From: Patescibacteria group bacterium
Lineage (GTDB): Bacteria > Patescibacteriota > Patescibacteriia > UM-FILTER-42-10
Direction of reading: 5' to 3'
Assembly (NCBI GenBank): GCA_041666845.1
Contig: JBAYGC010000005.1
Span: 584-64,583, forward strand
Length of the DNA stretch: 64,000 nucleotides
Shown: piece after piece, positions 13,038-21,329 of the stretch
How positions within the stretch are numbered: position 1 is the first letter of the stretch
How the letters are laid out: each line of letters begins with the position of its first letter
The notes under the pieces: generated by a model
What the model was told of the DNA's origin: nothing
The model's database searches: none
What the model saw: the letters and a program-made list of their open reading frames with translations, nothing else
Translations under genes and position numbers: made by a program

Positions 13038-13150
13038 GGTGTCAACCCCCACACCCATACATGGGTGTGGGGGTTGCGTGTTGCGTTCCGCTTTCCAAAA
13101 AACCCGATTTCTTTAACCCCAAACCGGTTGCTTGTCGTAGCACGCGCGGT
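13038..13150 (+). repeat. R-module repeat (perfect 14-bp-stem hairpin CAACCCCCACACCC/GGGTGTGGGGGTTG, then AAAAAACCCGATTTCT...TTGCTTGTCG)
   Basis: Homologous copies occur at 17497-17545 (partial), 18727-18845 and inverted at 26110-26190. Confidence 0.7.
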
Positions 13151-13320
13151 GATTTGTTTTATAACGTTTCGGGTTAGTCGATGTCTGGCGATAGAGGAGT
13201 ATGGGCGGAGGTTTGCTAATAAGCAAACCGGAGTCAGATATTCGCTGTTATATGGTGTACGTATTTTCCTTTGATTTGGGACAAGCAAGTCTTTCAAAAA
13301 AGTATTATGAATTTCGTTTT

Positions 13321-15081
13321 TTACCACCAAGCTAGTCTTTTCATATGTTCTTCGTATGCAGTGGAATTTTTTTGAAATTCGGTAAAAGACTTATTGAATA
13401 GGCCTGCAGATATTGGGCCCCAATGATCTTTGCTTTTATCCGCTTCATCTAACATCATTTTGAAAGGATTTTCACCGAAGCGTCTTTGATATTTCCAGGC
13501 AAATCTACCAGGAGGCCCCCAACCACTTTGATTGACGTGTGAATACTCAAGGGCAAAAAGTATTTCAAAATAATCGAATAGATATTCGTAATTTCTTCCT
13601 AAGAAAAGTAAGTCTTCTAAAGTTGGCTGTAAAGTAGTAAACAGTTGCTCGCTTCTCGGCGCATAATGCCTTTCTCGACCAGGTATCCACTTAAATGATT
13701 CATGGATTTCTGACAAATTTGCCCCCACTGGAGTAACAAGTGCTTCACTTTGATCCGACAGGGGCTCTGGTCTTACTGGAGTTTCAAAAATAATCTTTAG
13801 CGCACCATAATTCTGACTGGACAGGGCAGTAATACCTGCCGAATACATTAGTAGTTGAATTGGATACCAAGTAAATCGAAGCCATAGCACCGTTCCTGAT
13901 GAACCTTTATCGGCTTCAGCCAAACGTGTAAATATTTTATTGAGCTGTTGTAATTGTTCGCTGTTACCCCATTTAGCCAACAAGATAGAGATAACTTGTA
14001 GGTCTTTCGATAATTCTTCGTATTCACTCAAACGTTGAATAAATTGATCCTTTTGAGCAGGGATTCCCTGTACTGGGAAATTACGTAAATCAGTTTCATC
14101 CAAAAAATGGCGAATGTGCTTTGAAACAAAATCATCTAATTTGATCTTGTTTGAAGGAACTGATAGCAATTCTTTGATTGTGTCGGCGATCGGTGTTTTT
14201 GGTTCAAATGGAGTCTCAATTTGAGGTGATGTATTCACTAAGATATCAACCTCTCCAGGCTCACCCTTTTCAGATGATTCGGGCTGAGGGGAGGAATTCT
14301 TTTTTTGTTCTAATACAGAGGTGTCAAAAATAAATTCGCCGTCACCATCCACAAAACCATAATGAGGAGTTTGGTGTGAGTATTGATCATTAGCAACATG
14401 GTCAAACACGTATGCCATTACGCCACTTGCCGAGATAATGCCGTCTTTTGTTGAAGCTGCCCCATCCAAAGCGTCTAGTAAGTGAGAAGTAAAAATCGAA
14501 TGGTCCGGTCTTGTTCCGTTCCCATCTGCGACTGTCTCATTAGCTTTACCGGCAGTAAGTAGTTGGCGTGAATATCGTTTTAGCATGTCTCCAATAAAGC
14601 GCATACTGCCTAGTGATGGGGTACGAAGAAAGGCTAATCCCCCATAGCACGCATCCATAAGAAAGAATATGTGCTTGGCAGGAATTAAATCAGAATTTCT
14701 AGTAAATTCGTCCCATCGAATTAATGTATCAATTTCATCTGGTTTGCCTTCGGCTGGAACAAGATAGCCGACCTCACCTCTTTTTCCAGAAACAGTATGG
14801 CCATGACCAGCATAAAATACTATCAACCTGTCGTCGGGGAGAGTCTTTTTAAAATCAAGAAATGATTTATTGATGGTATCCTTTGTTGCGTCTTTGTCGA
14901 TTAGTAAGGAAATATTCGATTTTGGAAACTGAAACTTTTTTTCTAAAATATCGGCAACTGCTTCGGCATCACTTTTTGCATACCCTAAAGGAGGGGCAAA
15001 TTTGTATTGATTAATACCAATTATTAATGCCCAGCTATTTGTATATTCTGGTTGGTAGACTAGTTTTTCTTGGGAGGACAT
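13321..15081 (-). CDS. Caspase-like peptidase (C14/CHAT-type His-Cys dyad) with ~330-aa uncharacterised C-terminal domain
   Basis: The N-terminal ~250 aa have caspase-fold spacing: ALIIGINQY...VFYAGHGH (catalytic His)...FLMDACYGG (catalytic Cys). The C-terminal half has no recognisable motifs. Confidence 0.75.
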   Translation of the reverse strand: MSSQEKLVYQPEYTNSWALIIGINQYKFAPPLGYAKSDAEAVADILEKKFQFPKSNISLLIDKDATKDTINKSFLDFKKTLPDDRLIVFYAGHGHTVSGKRGEVGYLVPAEGKPDEIDTLIRWDEFTRNSDLIPAKHIFFLMDACYGGLAFLRTPSLGSMRFIGDMLKRYSRQLLTAGKANETVADGNGTRPDHSIFTSHLLDALDGAASTKDGIISASGVMAYVFDHVANDQYSHQTPHYGFVDGDGEFIFDTSVLEQKKNSSPQPESSEKGEPGEVDILVNTSPQIETPFEPKTPIADTIKELLSVPSNKIKLDDFVSKHIRHFLDETDLRNFPVQGIPAQKDQFIQRLSEYEELSKDLQVISILLAKWGNSEQLQQLNKIFTRLAEADKGSSGTVLWLRFTWYPIQLLMYSAGITALSSQNYGALKIIFETPVRPEPLSDQSEALVTPVGANLSEIHESFKWIPGRERHYAPRSEQLFTTLQPTLEDLLFLGRNYEYLFDYFEILFALEYSHVNQSGWGPPGRFAWKYQRRFGENPFKMMLDEADKSKDHWGPISAGLFNKSFTEFQKNSTAYEEHMKRLAWW

Positions 15082-15249
15082 CTTTTAAAAAACGAAATTT
15101 ATAATGATTTTTTGACGGAGCGATAGCTTGAATGAAGGCATATATGCCTTATAATTTGTTTATTATACGAAGCTTTCTGTATCAAGCCCCGATTCCAGTC
15201 TAGCACAATTGCTAATGGTAGGTAATTTGGATGAGTGGGTTAAATAATA

Positions 15250-15597
15250 TTACAGGTCTAAATCGTCAACAATAATTGCACCTGTGACATCTCGTGTATC
15301 TTGTTTTAGTGATTCCAGGTCCTTTTCATCAATGCCTTGTTTCATATCAGTATAGATTTTCTTCATATCCTCACGACTAACTTTTAGCGCTTCCGCAAGT
15401 GCCAATAGCTTTATATCGTTACCGATTCGTGCCACTCTTAGCATTTTCCTGTTAAACTCAACTTGGCGACTGATTTGAAAGCCAACCCAAAGTATGCAGA
15501 GGAAGAAGTAGAACATGAACCATTTAATATCTTCTATAAAGATAATTATGACTAATCCAATGACAGTGAAGAATATGAATTCATGGAAATTTTTCAT
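15250..15597 (-). CDS. Small membrane protein (2 TM plus a charged C-terminal tail)
   Basis: 115-aa ORF. Two N-terminal hydrophobic helices, then a soluble Lys/Asp/Glu-rich region. Confidence 0.5.
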   Translation of the reverse strand: MKNFHEFIFFTVIGLVIIIFIEDIKWFMFYFFLCILWVGFQISRQVEFNRKMLRVARIGNDIKLLALAEALKVSREDMKKIYTDMKQGIDEKDLESLKQDTRDVTGAIIVDDLDL

Positions 15598-15662
15598 AGA
15601 ATAGTTGTTAGTTAATATTATTTAGTTCACGAACCGGCTAGCCCGTGTTAGCTGATGTACTG

Positions 15663-16319
15663 TTAATACTTCAGTAACCCCGCTTTTTTTAAAGCCCTGG
15701 ATATTTCTCTATGATCTTTATCGATCGCTTGTCTCTTAACAAAGTTTGGATTTTTCTTGCATCGTTTTTCTATTATCTTGATTAAGTCTTTGAATACACC
15801 CCGTACCTCATCGAGACTTTTTTTGCTGCTTGGAAATCTTTTACCATGAAATGAGAAGTCGTCTCCAATAAAGTTACCAAAATCAGAAATATGGACACGT
15901 TTTTTTCGGCTTGGTGTTAAAAAGCCAAGACATCGGTCTTCAATATGCTCCAGATGGTTCCTGATAGTTTTTATCTCAAATATATCCTTGATTCTGGTTT
16001 CAAGACTTTTAATTTCAACATCGCCTGTTTCCTCATACAAATTATGTAACAGTTTGTAAATCTTATCTATACAAATAAAGAAGAAATGAGTATCGCATGC
16101 AAGGTAGGTATGTAGAAATTTGTTCTTCCTGCTAAAATTTCCACCATGCGCTCTAGCGATGAACCTTCTCATTTCAGATCTGTGTTTTTCTAATCGTCTT
16201 ATCTCTAAGATTGACCCATTCACATAATTCTGAATGTTATTGAGCAGCAAAAAAAGCCGTGTGGATTTTTTAGCATTCGTATCAAGGTAGGGATAGTATT
16301 TGGTTATTGAATCAAACAT
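15663..16319 (-). CDS. Hypothetical protein with a HEPN-like R-x4-H motif (RNHLEH)
   Basis: 218 aa. IKTIRNHLEHIEDRCLG matches the Rx4-6H signature of HEPN RNases. No other recognisable motif. Confidence 0.35.
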   Translation of the reverse strand: MFDSITKYYPYLDTNAKKSTRLFLLLNNIQNYVNGSILEIRRLEKHRSEMRRFIARAHGGNFSRKNKFLHTYLACDTHFFFICIDKIYKLLHNLYEETGDVEIKSLETRIKDIFEIKTIRNHLEHIEDRCLGFLTPSRKKRVHISDFGNFIGDDFSFHGKRFPSSKKSLDEVRGVFKDLIKIIEKRCKKNPNFVKRQAIDKDHREISRALKKAGLLKY

Positions 16320-16486
16320 GATATTAACAGTATTTCTTCTAACTTTTTATTTTGCTATCTTCACCGTGAAATTAGCATAATTCTCTATAGTTAGCAATAA
16401 TCACGAACAACCCCCACCTTTTTGCCAAAAGCGGGGAGGGAAAGGGAGGAAATTACTCTATTTAAACAAAACTCTAATGATACCCG

Positions 16487-17419
16487 CTATTGGTTGTCTT
16501 TTTTCAGTATCAGAAACAACTGGGCCAGGATCAACAGCCCGAAGAAAATCCCTAGGTTCACTCCGGCGGGGATGGCGAAGGCCGGCACGATTTTTTCCAT
16601 TTCATATAACGGCAGATCCATCTGATCAAACAAAGCATTGGTTGAGTGTCTCAGAAAAGTTATGCTAAAAGTTAGAAACAGTAGAAGATAGTATACTGCC
16701 AATCCGAATCTGGCAAAGCGACGGTTGTGATAAAAAAGATAAGACAGAACTAATATCGCGAAGATTGCAAAGCTCAAAAGGTAAGTACCCTGTGCCTTAA
16801 ATATGAAATTGCCAAATAGGGGAAAAGCGCCTTGGAGGAAGATGAAAAGAAAAAATACAGAAACCCAGAGATAGTTCAGCAGTATGATCGCAAGTTTATT
16901 GGTCGAAAGGTTGGCGAAATAACTGTCTGAATTGGTAGTGTTAAACAATTGCTTGGTTTTTTCGTTTATGTAAAATTTTATCAAAAAGTAAGGTATGGCA
17001 ATCAAAAAGAATGAAATAAGAATTATGATGGTCAGCGATTGATAGGGCGCTATGGTTTTAAGCAGATTAAAGGAAAGCAGAATACTGGCTGTTGTTATGC
17101 TTCCAATAATAATAAGTTTTTTTAAGAATGCAATAGACAGATTGTATCCCCATTTTTTGAATCGGAAATTCCCGATCCCGAGGGGGATGCCAAAAAGTGC
17201 AAAGAAAAAATATGCCATTACATTGAGCACTATAAATGCAAACATCAGACTGCCAAAGCCAAAGCCTTCGTAGTGAAAATTTCCTCCTTCAGCAAATGCA
17301 TAAAAGGATGTGAATTCGGCAGGGACCAGCAACATCGAAAACAACCCGCCGACCAGCAGGACAAGTCCGATAGTTTTTATTAACAAGACTCTTTTGTTTG
17401 ATCCCGGTTTTGTCGCCAT
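16487..17419 (-). CDS. Polytopic membrane protein (~9 TM), function unknown
   Basis: 310 aa, with hydrophobic helices throughout. Confidence 0.6.
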   Translation of the reverse strand: MATKPGSNKRVLLIKTIGLVLLVGGLFSMLLVPAEFTSFYAFAEGGNFHYEGFGFGSLMFAFIVLNVMAYFFFALFGIPLGIGNFRFKKWGYNLSIAFLKKLIIIGSITTASILLSFNLLKTIAPYQSLTIIILISFFLIAIPYFLIKFYINEKTKQLFNTTNSDSYFANLSTNKLAIILLNYLWVSVFFLFIFLQGAFPLFGNFIFKAQGTYLLSFAIFAILVLSYLFYHNRRFARFGLAVYYLLLFLTFSITFLRHSTNALFDQMDLPLYEMEKIVPAFAIPAGVNLGIFFGLLILAQLFLILKKDNQ

Positions 17420-17496
17420 CTCTTCAAAATCAAATTTATCTTTTAAATTTGGTACTATTTCAGTCTAGCACCAAGGTTATAGCCGGGCAATATGCA

Positions 17497-17630
17497 CAAA
17501 AAACCCGATTGCTATAATTCCAGACTAGTCGCTTGTCGGAGAGGGTTCTAAATAATTGTGGATTCCCGGGTCCTGCCTCGCCTTGATCCGGCGGAGCGGC
17601 GGCAAGGCGGGCAAGCCCGAGAATGACAGT
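17497..17630 (+). repeat. Partial R-module (17497-17545) plus P-module variant (17560-17630: GGATTCCCGG...GGCAAGCCCGAGAATGACA)
   Basis: Shares both ends with P copies at 18864 and 25975. The inner core is divergent. Followed by TTGACA at 17637. Confidence 0.6.
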
Positions 17631-17712
17631 AAATTATTGACACTAACGGGTGTTTTGTAGTAAAAGAAAGGCACCTGCGCCAACCACGTTTTCCAAATTG
17701 AGGGGGGTGTTT

Positions 17713-17916
17713 ATGTCTTCAGATCTTAGGGCGGCGGTGATCAAATACACTGCCAAACAGCTCGGCGTGAGCGAGGATCAGGTCACCTTGGACACGGTGA
17801 TTCCCGACATCCACAGTCTGGTCACATTCGTGGCCATCGAGACCGGTAAGATCAGTTTCGTCCAGGATGTCCGTGCGAAGCACACCGTGGCGAAGGCGAT
17901 CAAATCGTTCCTTTAG
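17713..17916 (+). CDS. Acyl-carrier-protein-like small protein (67 aa), compositionally foreign (GC ~53%)
   Basis: Strong SD GAGGGGGG 6 nt upstream of ATG. The sequence follows the ACP pattern (QLGVSEDQVTLDT...DIHSLVTFVAIE), with Ser in HSL aligned to the phosphopantetheine-Ser position of DSL. Immediately downstream is a terminator. Confidence 0.5.
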   Translation: MSSDLRAAVIKYTAKQLGVSEDQVTLDTVIPDIHSLVTFVAIETGKISFVQDVRAKHTVAKAIKSFL

Positions 17917-17918
17917 TA

Positions 17919-17947
17919 GGGGTCGGATGTCTAGACCCCTTTTTTTA
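17919..17947 (+). terminator. Rho-independent terminator
   Basis: GGGGTC-GGATGTCTA-GACCCC followed by TTTTTTT. Confidence 0.8.
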
Positions 17948-17965
17948 TTTCCGCGAAAGAGAGGA

Positions 17966-18325
17966 TTATTGTTCAGCTTTTTTCTCAATCTTTTTCGCCA
18001 CAGTGCGGTTGAGATCATTGCGCCAGTTGTTGGTAAAGGTTTTTGTTTCGCCTAAGAGTCCGTCACAGAAGGCGGCTACATCTTGTCCTGTAATCTCCAG
18101 CGCGCTTCGACCATTGATGACTCCTTCTTCGAAGAGTTCGAGTAAACCTTTCAATACGTCTATTGATCCCAGTCCATTTTTAAACATGTAGCCTTTGATT
18201 TCATCATAGACAATCTGATAATCACGGGGCATTTTTTTGGCACGCGCTTCCATAGCCCGCCATTCTTTTTTATCGCCGGTTACTTTTTTCCAGAAGTTGT
18301 TGATCTCTTTTAATACGTTAGCCAT
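17966..18325 (-). CDS. DUF1048-like protein (PadR-associated)
   Basis: 119 aa immediately downstream of, and overlapping, a PadR regulator. This pairing is typical of PadR-DUF1048 operons. Confidence 0.5.
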   Translation of the reverse strand: MANVLKEINNFWKKVTGDKKEWRAMEARAKKMPRDYQIVYDEIKGYMFKNGLGSIDVLKGLLELFEEGVINGRSALEITGQDVAAFCDGLLGETKTFTNNWRNDLNRTVAKKIEKKAEQ

Positions 18326-18629
18326 TTGATTGTTCCTTTAGTTTGTTAATACTTTTTGTGATAAATTGCCATTTCCCCCAGAAGACGGACAGCTCCTTGC
18401 GTCCCGCGCTGTTGAGTGTATAGAATTTGCGCATCGGTCCCAGCTCGGAAGACCTTTTTTTGATATTCACCAGCCCGCTTTTTTCGAGCCTTAGGAGGAT
18501 GGTGTAAACCGTTCCTTCCACCACCTCTGTGAAGCCGAGTCCGCGGAGCTTGGATGCTATTTCGTAGCCGTAGGTTTCCTCCCGGCTGATGATCTCCAGG
18601 ATACAGCCCTCGAGTACGCCTTTTAACAT
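18318..18629 (-). CDS. padR: PadR-family transcriptional regulator
   Basis: MLKGVLEGCILEIISREETYGYEI...GTVYTILLRLEKSGLV is the classic PadR winged-HTH. The start was taken at the internal ATG (18629). The track ORF extends to a GTG at 18692. Confidence 0.8.
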   Translation of the reverse strand: MLKGVLEGCILEIISREETYGYEIASKLRGLGFTEVVEGTVYTILLRLEKSGLVNIKKRSSELGPMRKFYTLNSAGRKELSVFWGKWQFITKSINKLKEQSNG

Positions 18630-18680
18630 TTCCGTAATGTTTTCCAAAGTATTTCTCCTTTCCAATATTACTTGCTTAAT

Positions 18681-18707
18681 ATGTAGTATCACTTACTACC
18701 ACTACAT
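18681..18707. promoter_or_regulatory. Candidate PadR operator: ATGTAGT-N13-ACTACAT inverted repeat
   Basis: Palindrome ~50-75 nt upstream of padR. PadR operators are ATGT...ACAT palindromes. Also contains direct repeats TAGTATCAC x2. Confidence 0.45.
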
Positions 18708-18726
18708 AGTATCACGTAGTAGTTTT

Positions 18727-18845
18727 GGTGTCAAGAGATAGGGATTAGGTTTTAAGGGTAGGGTTGCCCCCACACCCAAGGCTGGTTGTGGGGGCTCTCC
18801 AGAAAACCCAATTTCTGTTGCTATGACTGGTCACTTTTCGGTGGA
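18727..18845 (+). repeat. R-module repeat (hairpin GCCCCCACACCC/GGTTGTGGGGGC plus CCAGAAAACCCAATTTCT...)
   Basis: Alignable with 13038-13150 (GGTGTCAA...CCCCCACACCC...GTGGGGG...AAAACCCGATTTCT). Confidence 0.7.
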
Positions 18846-18863
18846 CGTTTTCTAAAAACTTAT

Positions 18864-18965
18864 GGATCCCCGGATCCCCGGCCGCCTAACTGCCGTTAGG
18901 CAGTGGGGCAGGCAAGCCCGAGGATGACAATCAAATAACAAGTCATTCCCGCGAAAGCGGGAATC
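18864..18965 (+). repeat. P-module: ~100-bp MITE-like element with terminal inverted repeats GGATCCCCGG...CGGGAATCC
   Basis: Near-identical to 25975-26098 (59-bp core GGATCCCCGGCCGCCTAACTGCCGTTAGGCAGTGGGGCAGGCAAGCCCGAG[G/A]ATGACA). An internal perfect 7-bp hairpin GCCTAAC-TGCC-GTTAGGC overlaps an alternative CTGCC-GTTA-GGCAG stem. Confidence 0.75.
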
Positions 18966-19076
18966 CATGGAATTAATTTGATGCTGATATTAGCTAAAAT
19001 TAGCCCATTTAGTATTGACCCCGTTAGAGGAGTTCCTCTAAGCGGGGTTGACAAAAACCCAGTTTAGGTGTATGCT
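18966..19076 (+). promoter_or_regulatory. Q-module with outward sigma70-type promoter (TTGACA-17-TATGCT) driving 19231..19803
   Basis: The element ATTAGCTAAAATTAGCCCA...TTGACCCCGTTAGAGGAGTTCCTCTAAGCGGGGTTGACAAAA contains a 12-bp inverted repeat and ends in TTGACA at 19048. The -10 TATGCT is at 19071. An inverted copy lies at 25866-25985. Confidence 0.6.
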
Positions 19077-19230
19077 GTCAGGTTTCATGGTTCATTGAAA
19101 TATCACTGCGTATATTGCCGTGGCGTCCAGATTAGAAAGAAGATCAGTCTAATTTGACCGCTCCGGCAATGTTGCCAAGCATGACATCCTAATGTCCAGT
19201 ATGGATTCCAAAGCCATGAAGGAGATTTCC

Positions 19231-19803
19231 ATGAAGAAGTCGTACATGACTCAGGACGACATCTACGTTGCCCAGGCGTGGAAGAGTCTGGCGAAGAAGC
19301 TGTTTCCTTGCCAGATCGTCGTGACGCTGGTCATGGTGACGCTGACCTACATCGCCCGGCGCTTCATCAATCACCACTATTTCGATCATGTGGTGACGGA
19401 TGCTGTCGCTGGCAACATCCCCAACGTGGTGATCGCGCTCGTAGCGTTCATCTTCGCCGGTGTGTTCGCGGTGGCTGTCGCGACCAACATCGCGTTCAGG
19501 AACGCACCGATTCGTACGATCACGCTCGTTCTGCTCACGTTCCTGGTACCTGCTGTGATCGGCGCCTTCTCCAGCTTCTGCTCGCACATCTATCTCCGGC
19601 CGGCGGATATCGTGTATGATTTCATTCCGGCGGTTCTGCTCATCGGGGTCTGGTGGTACACCAGCAACGCGCTCGATGAGGCCAGCGGATCGAACTTCGG
19701 TCAGAGCAAGGTCGCGAAAAGGATTCGAAACAGGATCGAGTACGCCTGTATCGGACAGTTCGCGATCTTCATGATTCTGATGGCCTACGTCATCGGGATT
19801 TAA
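19231..19803 (+). CDS. Polytopic membrane protein (5-6 TM), compositionally foreign (GC ~58%)
   Basis: SD AAGGAG lies 6 nt upstream of ATG at 19231. The track ORF starts 13 codons earlier, without an SD. The sequence is hydrophobic throughout. The antisense 211-aa ORF was rejected as a high-GC artefact. Confidence 0.65.
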   Translation: MKKSYMTQDDIYVAQAWKSLAKKLFPCQIVVTLVMVTLTYIARRFINHHYFDHVVTDAVAGNIPNVVIALVAFIFAGVFAVAVATNIAFRNAPIRTITLVLLTFLVPAVIGAFSSFCSHIYLRPADIVYDFIPAVLLIGVWWYTSNALDEASGSNFGQSKVAKRIRNRIEYACIGQFAIFMILMAYVIGI

Positions 19804-19954
19804 CTGCCCTTTTGACCTGAGCAAGTCCTAAGAAGTGCTCACCCGCCAGGTAACTGACGGGTTTTTTCTTTGCCAAAAAATATTAACCGATAATCAAAAA
19901 CAAGCGCGGTCAAACCCGCGCCTGCATTTATATTTTTTACAAACAGTTATTTGA

Positions 19955-20611
19955 TTAGTTGCATTTTTCAAATGATGTGAGGTGTTTATCCTGTGAGGCA
20001 TCCATCAGGCTTGTAAATACCGTTGTAATATCTTCGTATTCGGTCACGGCGGGCAATAATTCATCTCTGTACAATCTCGCGTTGGCGATCTCAGCTTCTA
20101 CTCCCACCTGACATGTTTCTTTTATTGTCACGGGGATTTCAATAGTCGCAGGCTGATATGGATCCTCGGGTATTGTCTCGCCGTATTTATCATACAGCGC
20201 TTTCAGCGAACTGATGTGCTGTTCTTCCGCGCGGATGATCATTGAAAACGGCCGGACTGATCCGAATTTGCTTATTACCGCCTCATAAGTGGCGCGCGCT
20301 TTGTATTCGTCGTCAATAGCGCTGTTTAAGGCAGTCACAACGCTATTTGGTAGTTCACCCGCCGGATATTCCAGATTGCTGACCTGCAGACAATCGTCCG
20401 CCACGCAGTTGGATTTTGTGATAACTTCCGTTTCCGAGGTGTTGGTGTTCGAAATATTGACGTTACTAGTGTTTACATTACCGGCATTCACATTGTTTAA
20501 ATTAACGTTTTGGTTTGAATTATCATTCTGGAAATAATTATAAGATACAAATGCCCCGGTTAAAATTACGATAACTCCTAAAACTATGATCCCGTATTTC
20601 ATAATCATCAC
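19955..20611 (-). CDS. Membrane-anchored ferritin-like DUF2202-family protein
   Basis: N-terminal TM, Asn-rich linker, then a ferritin-like segment (SAIDDEYKARATYEAVISKFGSVRPFSMIIRAEEQHISSLKALYDKYG). Confidence 0.6.
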   Translation of the reverse strand: MMIMKYGIIVLGVIVILTGAFVSYNYFQNDNSNQNVNLNNVNAGNVNTSNVNISNTNTSETEVITKSNCVADDCLQVSNLEYPAGELPNSVVTALNSAIDDEYKARATYEAVISKFGSVRPFSMIIRAEEQHISSLKALYDKYGETIPEDPYQPATIEIPVTIKETCQVGVEAEIANARLYRDELLPAVTEYEDITTVFTSLMDASQDKHLTSFEKCN

Positions 20612-20713
20612 CCTTAATAATTAACGTGCAATTTGATTATAGCAAGTTTATTTTGCCCACTATAATGCCCCTTTCCCAAAATTCTGAAAGGGGCACTGAC
20701 TGGAGAGAACTTT

Positions 20714-21157
20714 TTAGCTTGCTAGATCACACTCACCGTCACCGGTTCCGTTCCCACTACCGTTTCCAGCGCCATTATTCTGTCCATTACCGCCCTGGCC
20801 GAACCCCAGGCCTCCGGAATATGGTCCTTCGCCGGTTTCACGTAGCTCGTTTCTCTGCGCCACTCTTTCTGCAATTTCTTCTTCACTGAAACCGCGTTCC
20901 TGCCATCTGGCCACCGCATTTGCTTCCATTTGCGCGTTCATTTCATCGATACTGACGCCCTGCTCCAAAGCGATCTCTTGATAATCTTTTGTCTCGCGTG
21001 CAGCAGAAAGCTCTTCAGTCGTCATACCTAGAATTTCCGCTTTTGTTTCCAACATGTTTGTTGAACCGTTACCGTTACCTTGCGCGTATACGACACCGCC
21101 GGTTAATGTTGCAATCGCAGAGATACCGAGGATGCCGCCTAATAAATATTTATTCAT
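20714..21157 (-). CDS. Secreted protein with signal peptide and Gly/Asn-rich C-terminus
   Basis: Signal peptide MNKYLLGGILGISAIATLTGGVVYA. No recognisable catalytic motif. Confidence 0.5.
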   Translation of the reverse strand: MNKYLLGGILGISAIATLTGGVVYAQGNGNGSTNMLETKAEILGMTTEELSAARETKDYQEIALEQGVSIDEMNAQMEANAVARWQERGFSEEEIAERVAQRNELRETGEGPYSGGLGFGQGGNGQNNGAGNGSGNGTGDGECDLAS

Positions 21158-21329
21158 ATAATTTTATTATTTGTTAATGTTAATTATTAATCCGACCTTT
21201 CACAACCTACTTGCATTCCCTTACTACGTGGTGGTATGGTATTTTATTTCAAAATATTTCCACAAAAAAAATTCCACTTATCGCGGAACTGCTATTCTAT
21301 TCAATGATGAGAAACTTGGATCAGCCGGC

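Noticed and set aside
12359-13330. 323-aa ORF for rpsF extending upstream to 13330
   Set aside because: The N-terminal 138 residues show no S6 similarity. The S6 core begins at an internal ATG with a good RBS. The extension overlaps the R-repeat hairpin region.
18629-18692. Extended PadR N-terminus from the GTG at 18692
   Set aside because: The internal ATG yields the canonical PadR start (MLKGVLEGCILEI...). The GTG has no SD and would place the coding sequence over the predicted operator.
18884-18901. GCCTAAC-TGCC-GTTAGGC inside the P element matches integron attC inverse-core/core consensus (RYYYAAC / GTTRRRY). The flanked cargo genes look cassette-like.
   Set aside because: The palindrome is far shorter than an attC site (at least ~57 bp with L'/L'' boxes). 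There is no intI integrase or attI, and cargo orientation is not uniform. It is better described as a MITE-like repeat with an internal hairpin.
19189-19824. 211-aa minus-strand ORF antisense to the GC-rich membrane-protein gene
   Set aside because: Its low-complexity Arg/Asp/His-rich translation is typical of antisense frames in high-GC DNA. The sense frame encodes a coherent polytopic membrane protein with an SD.
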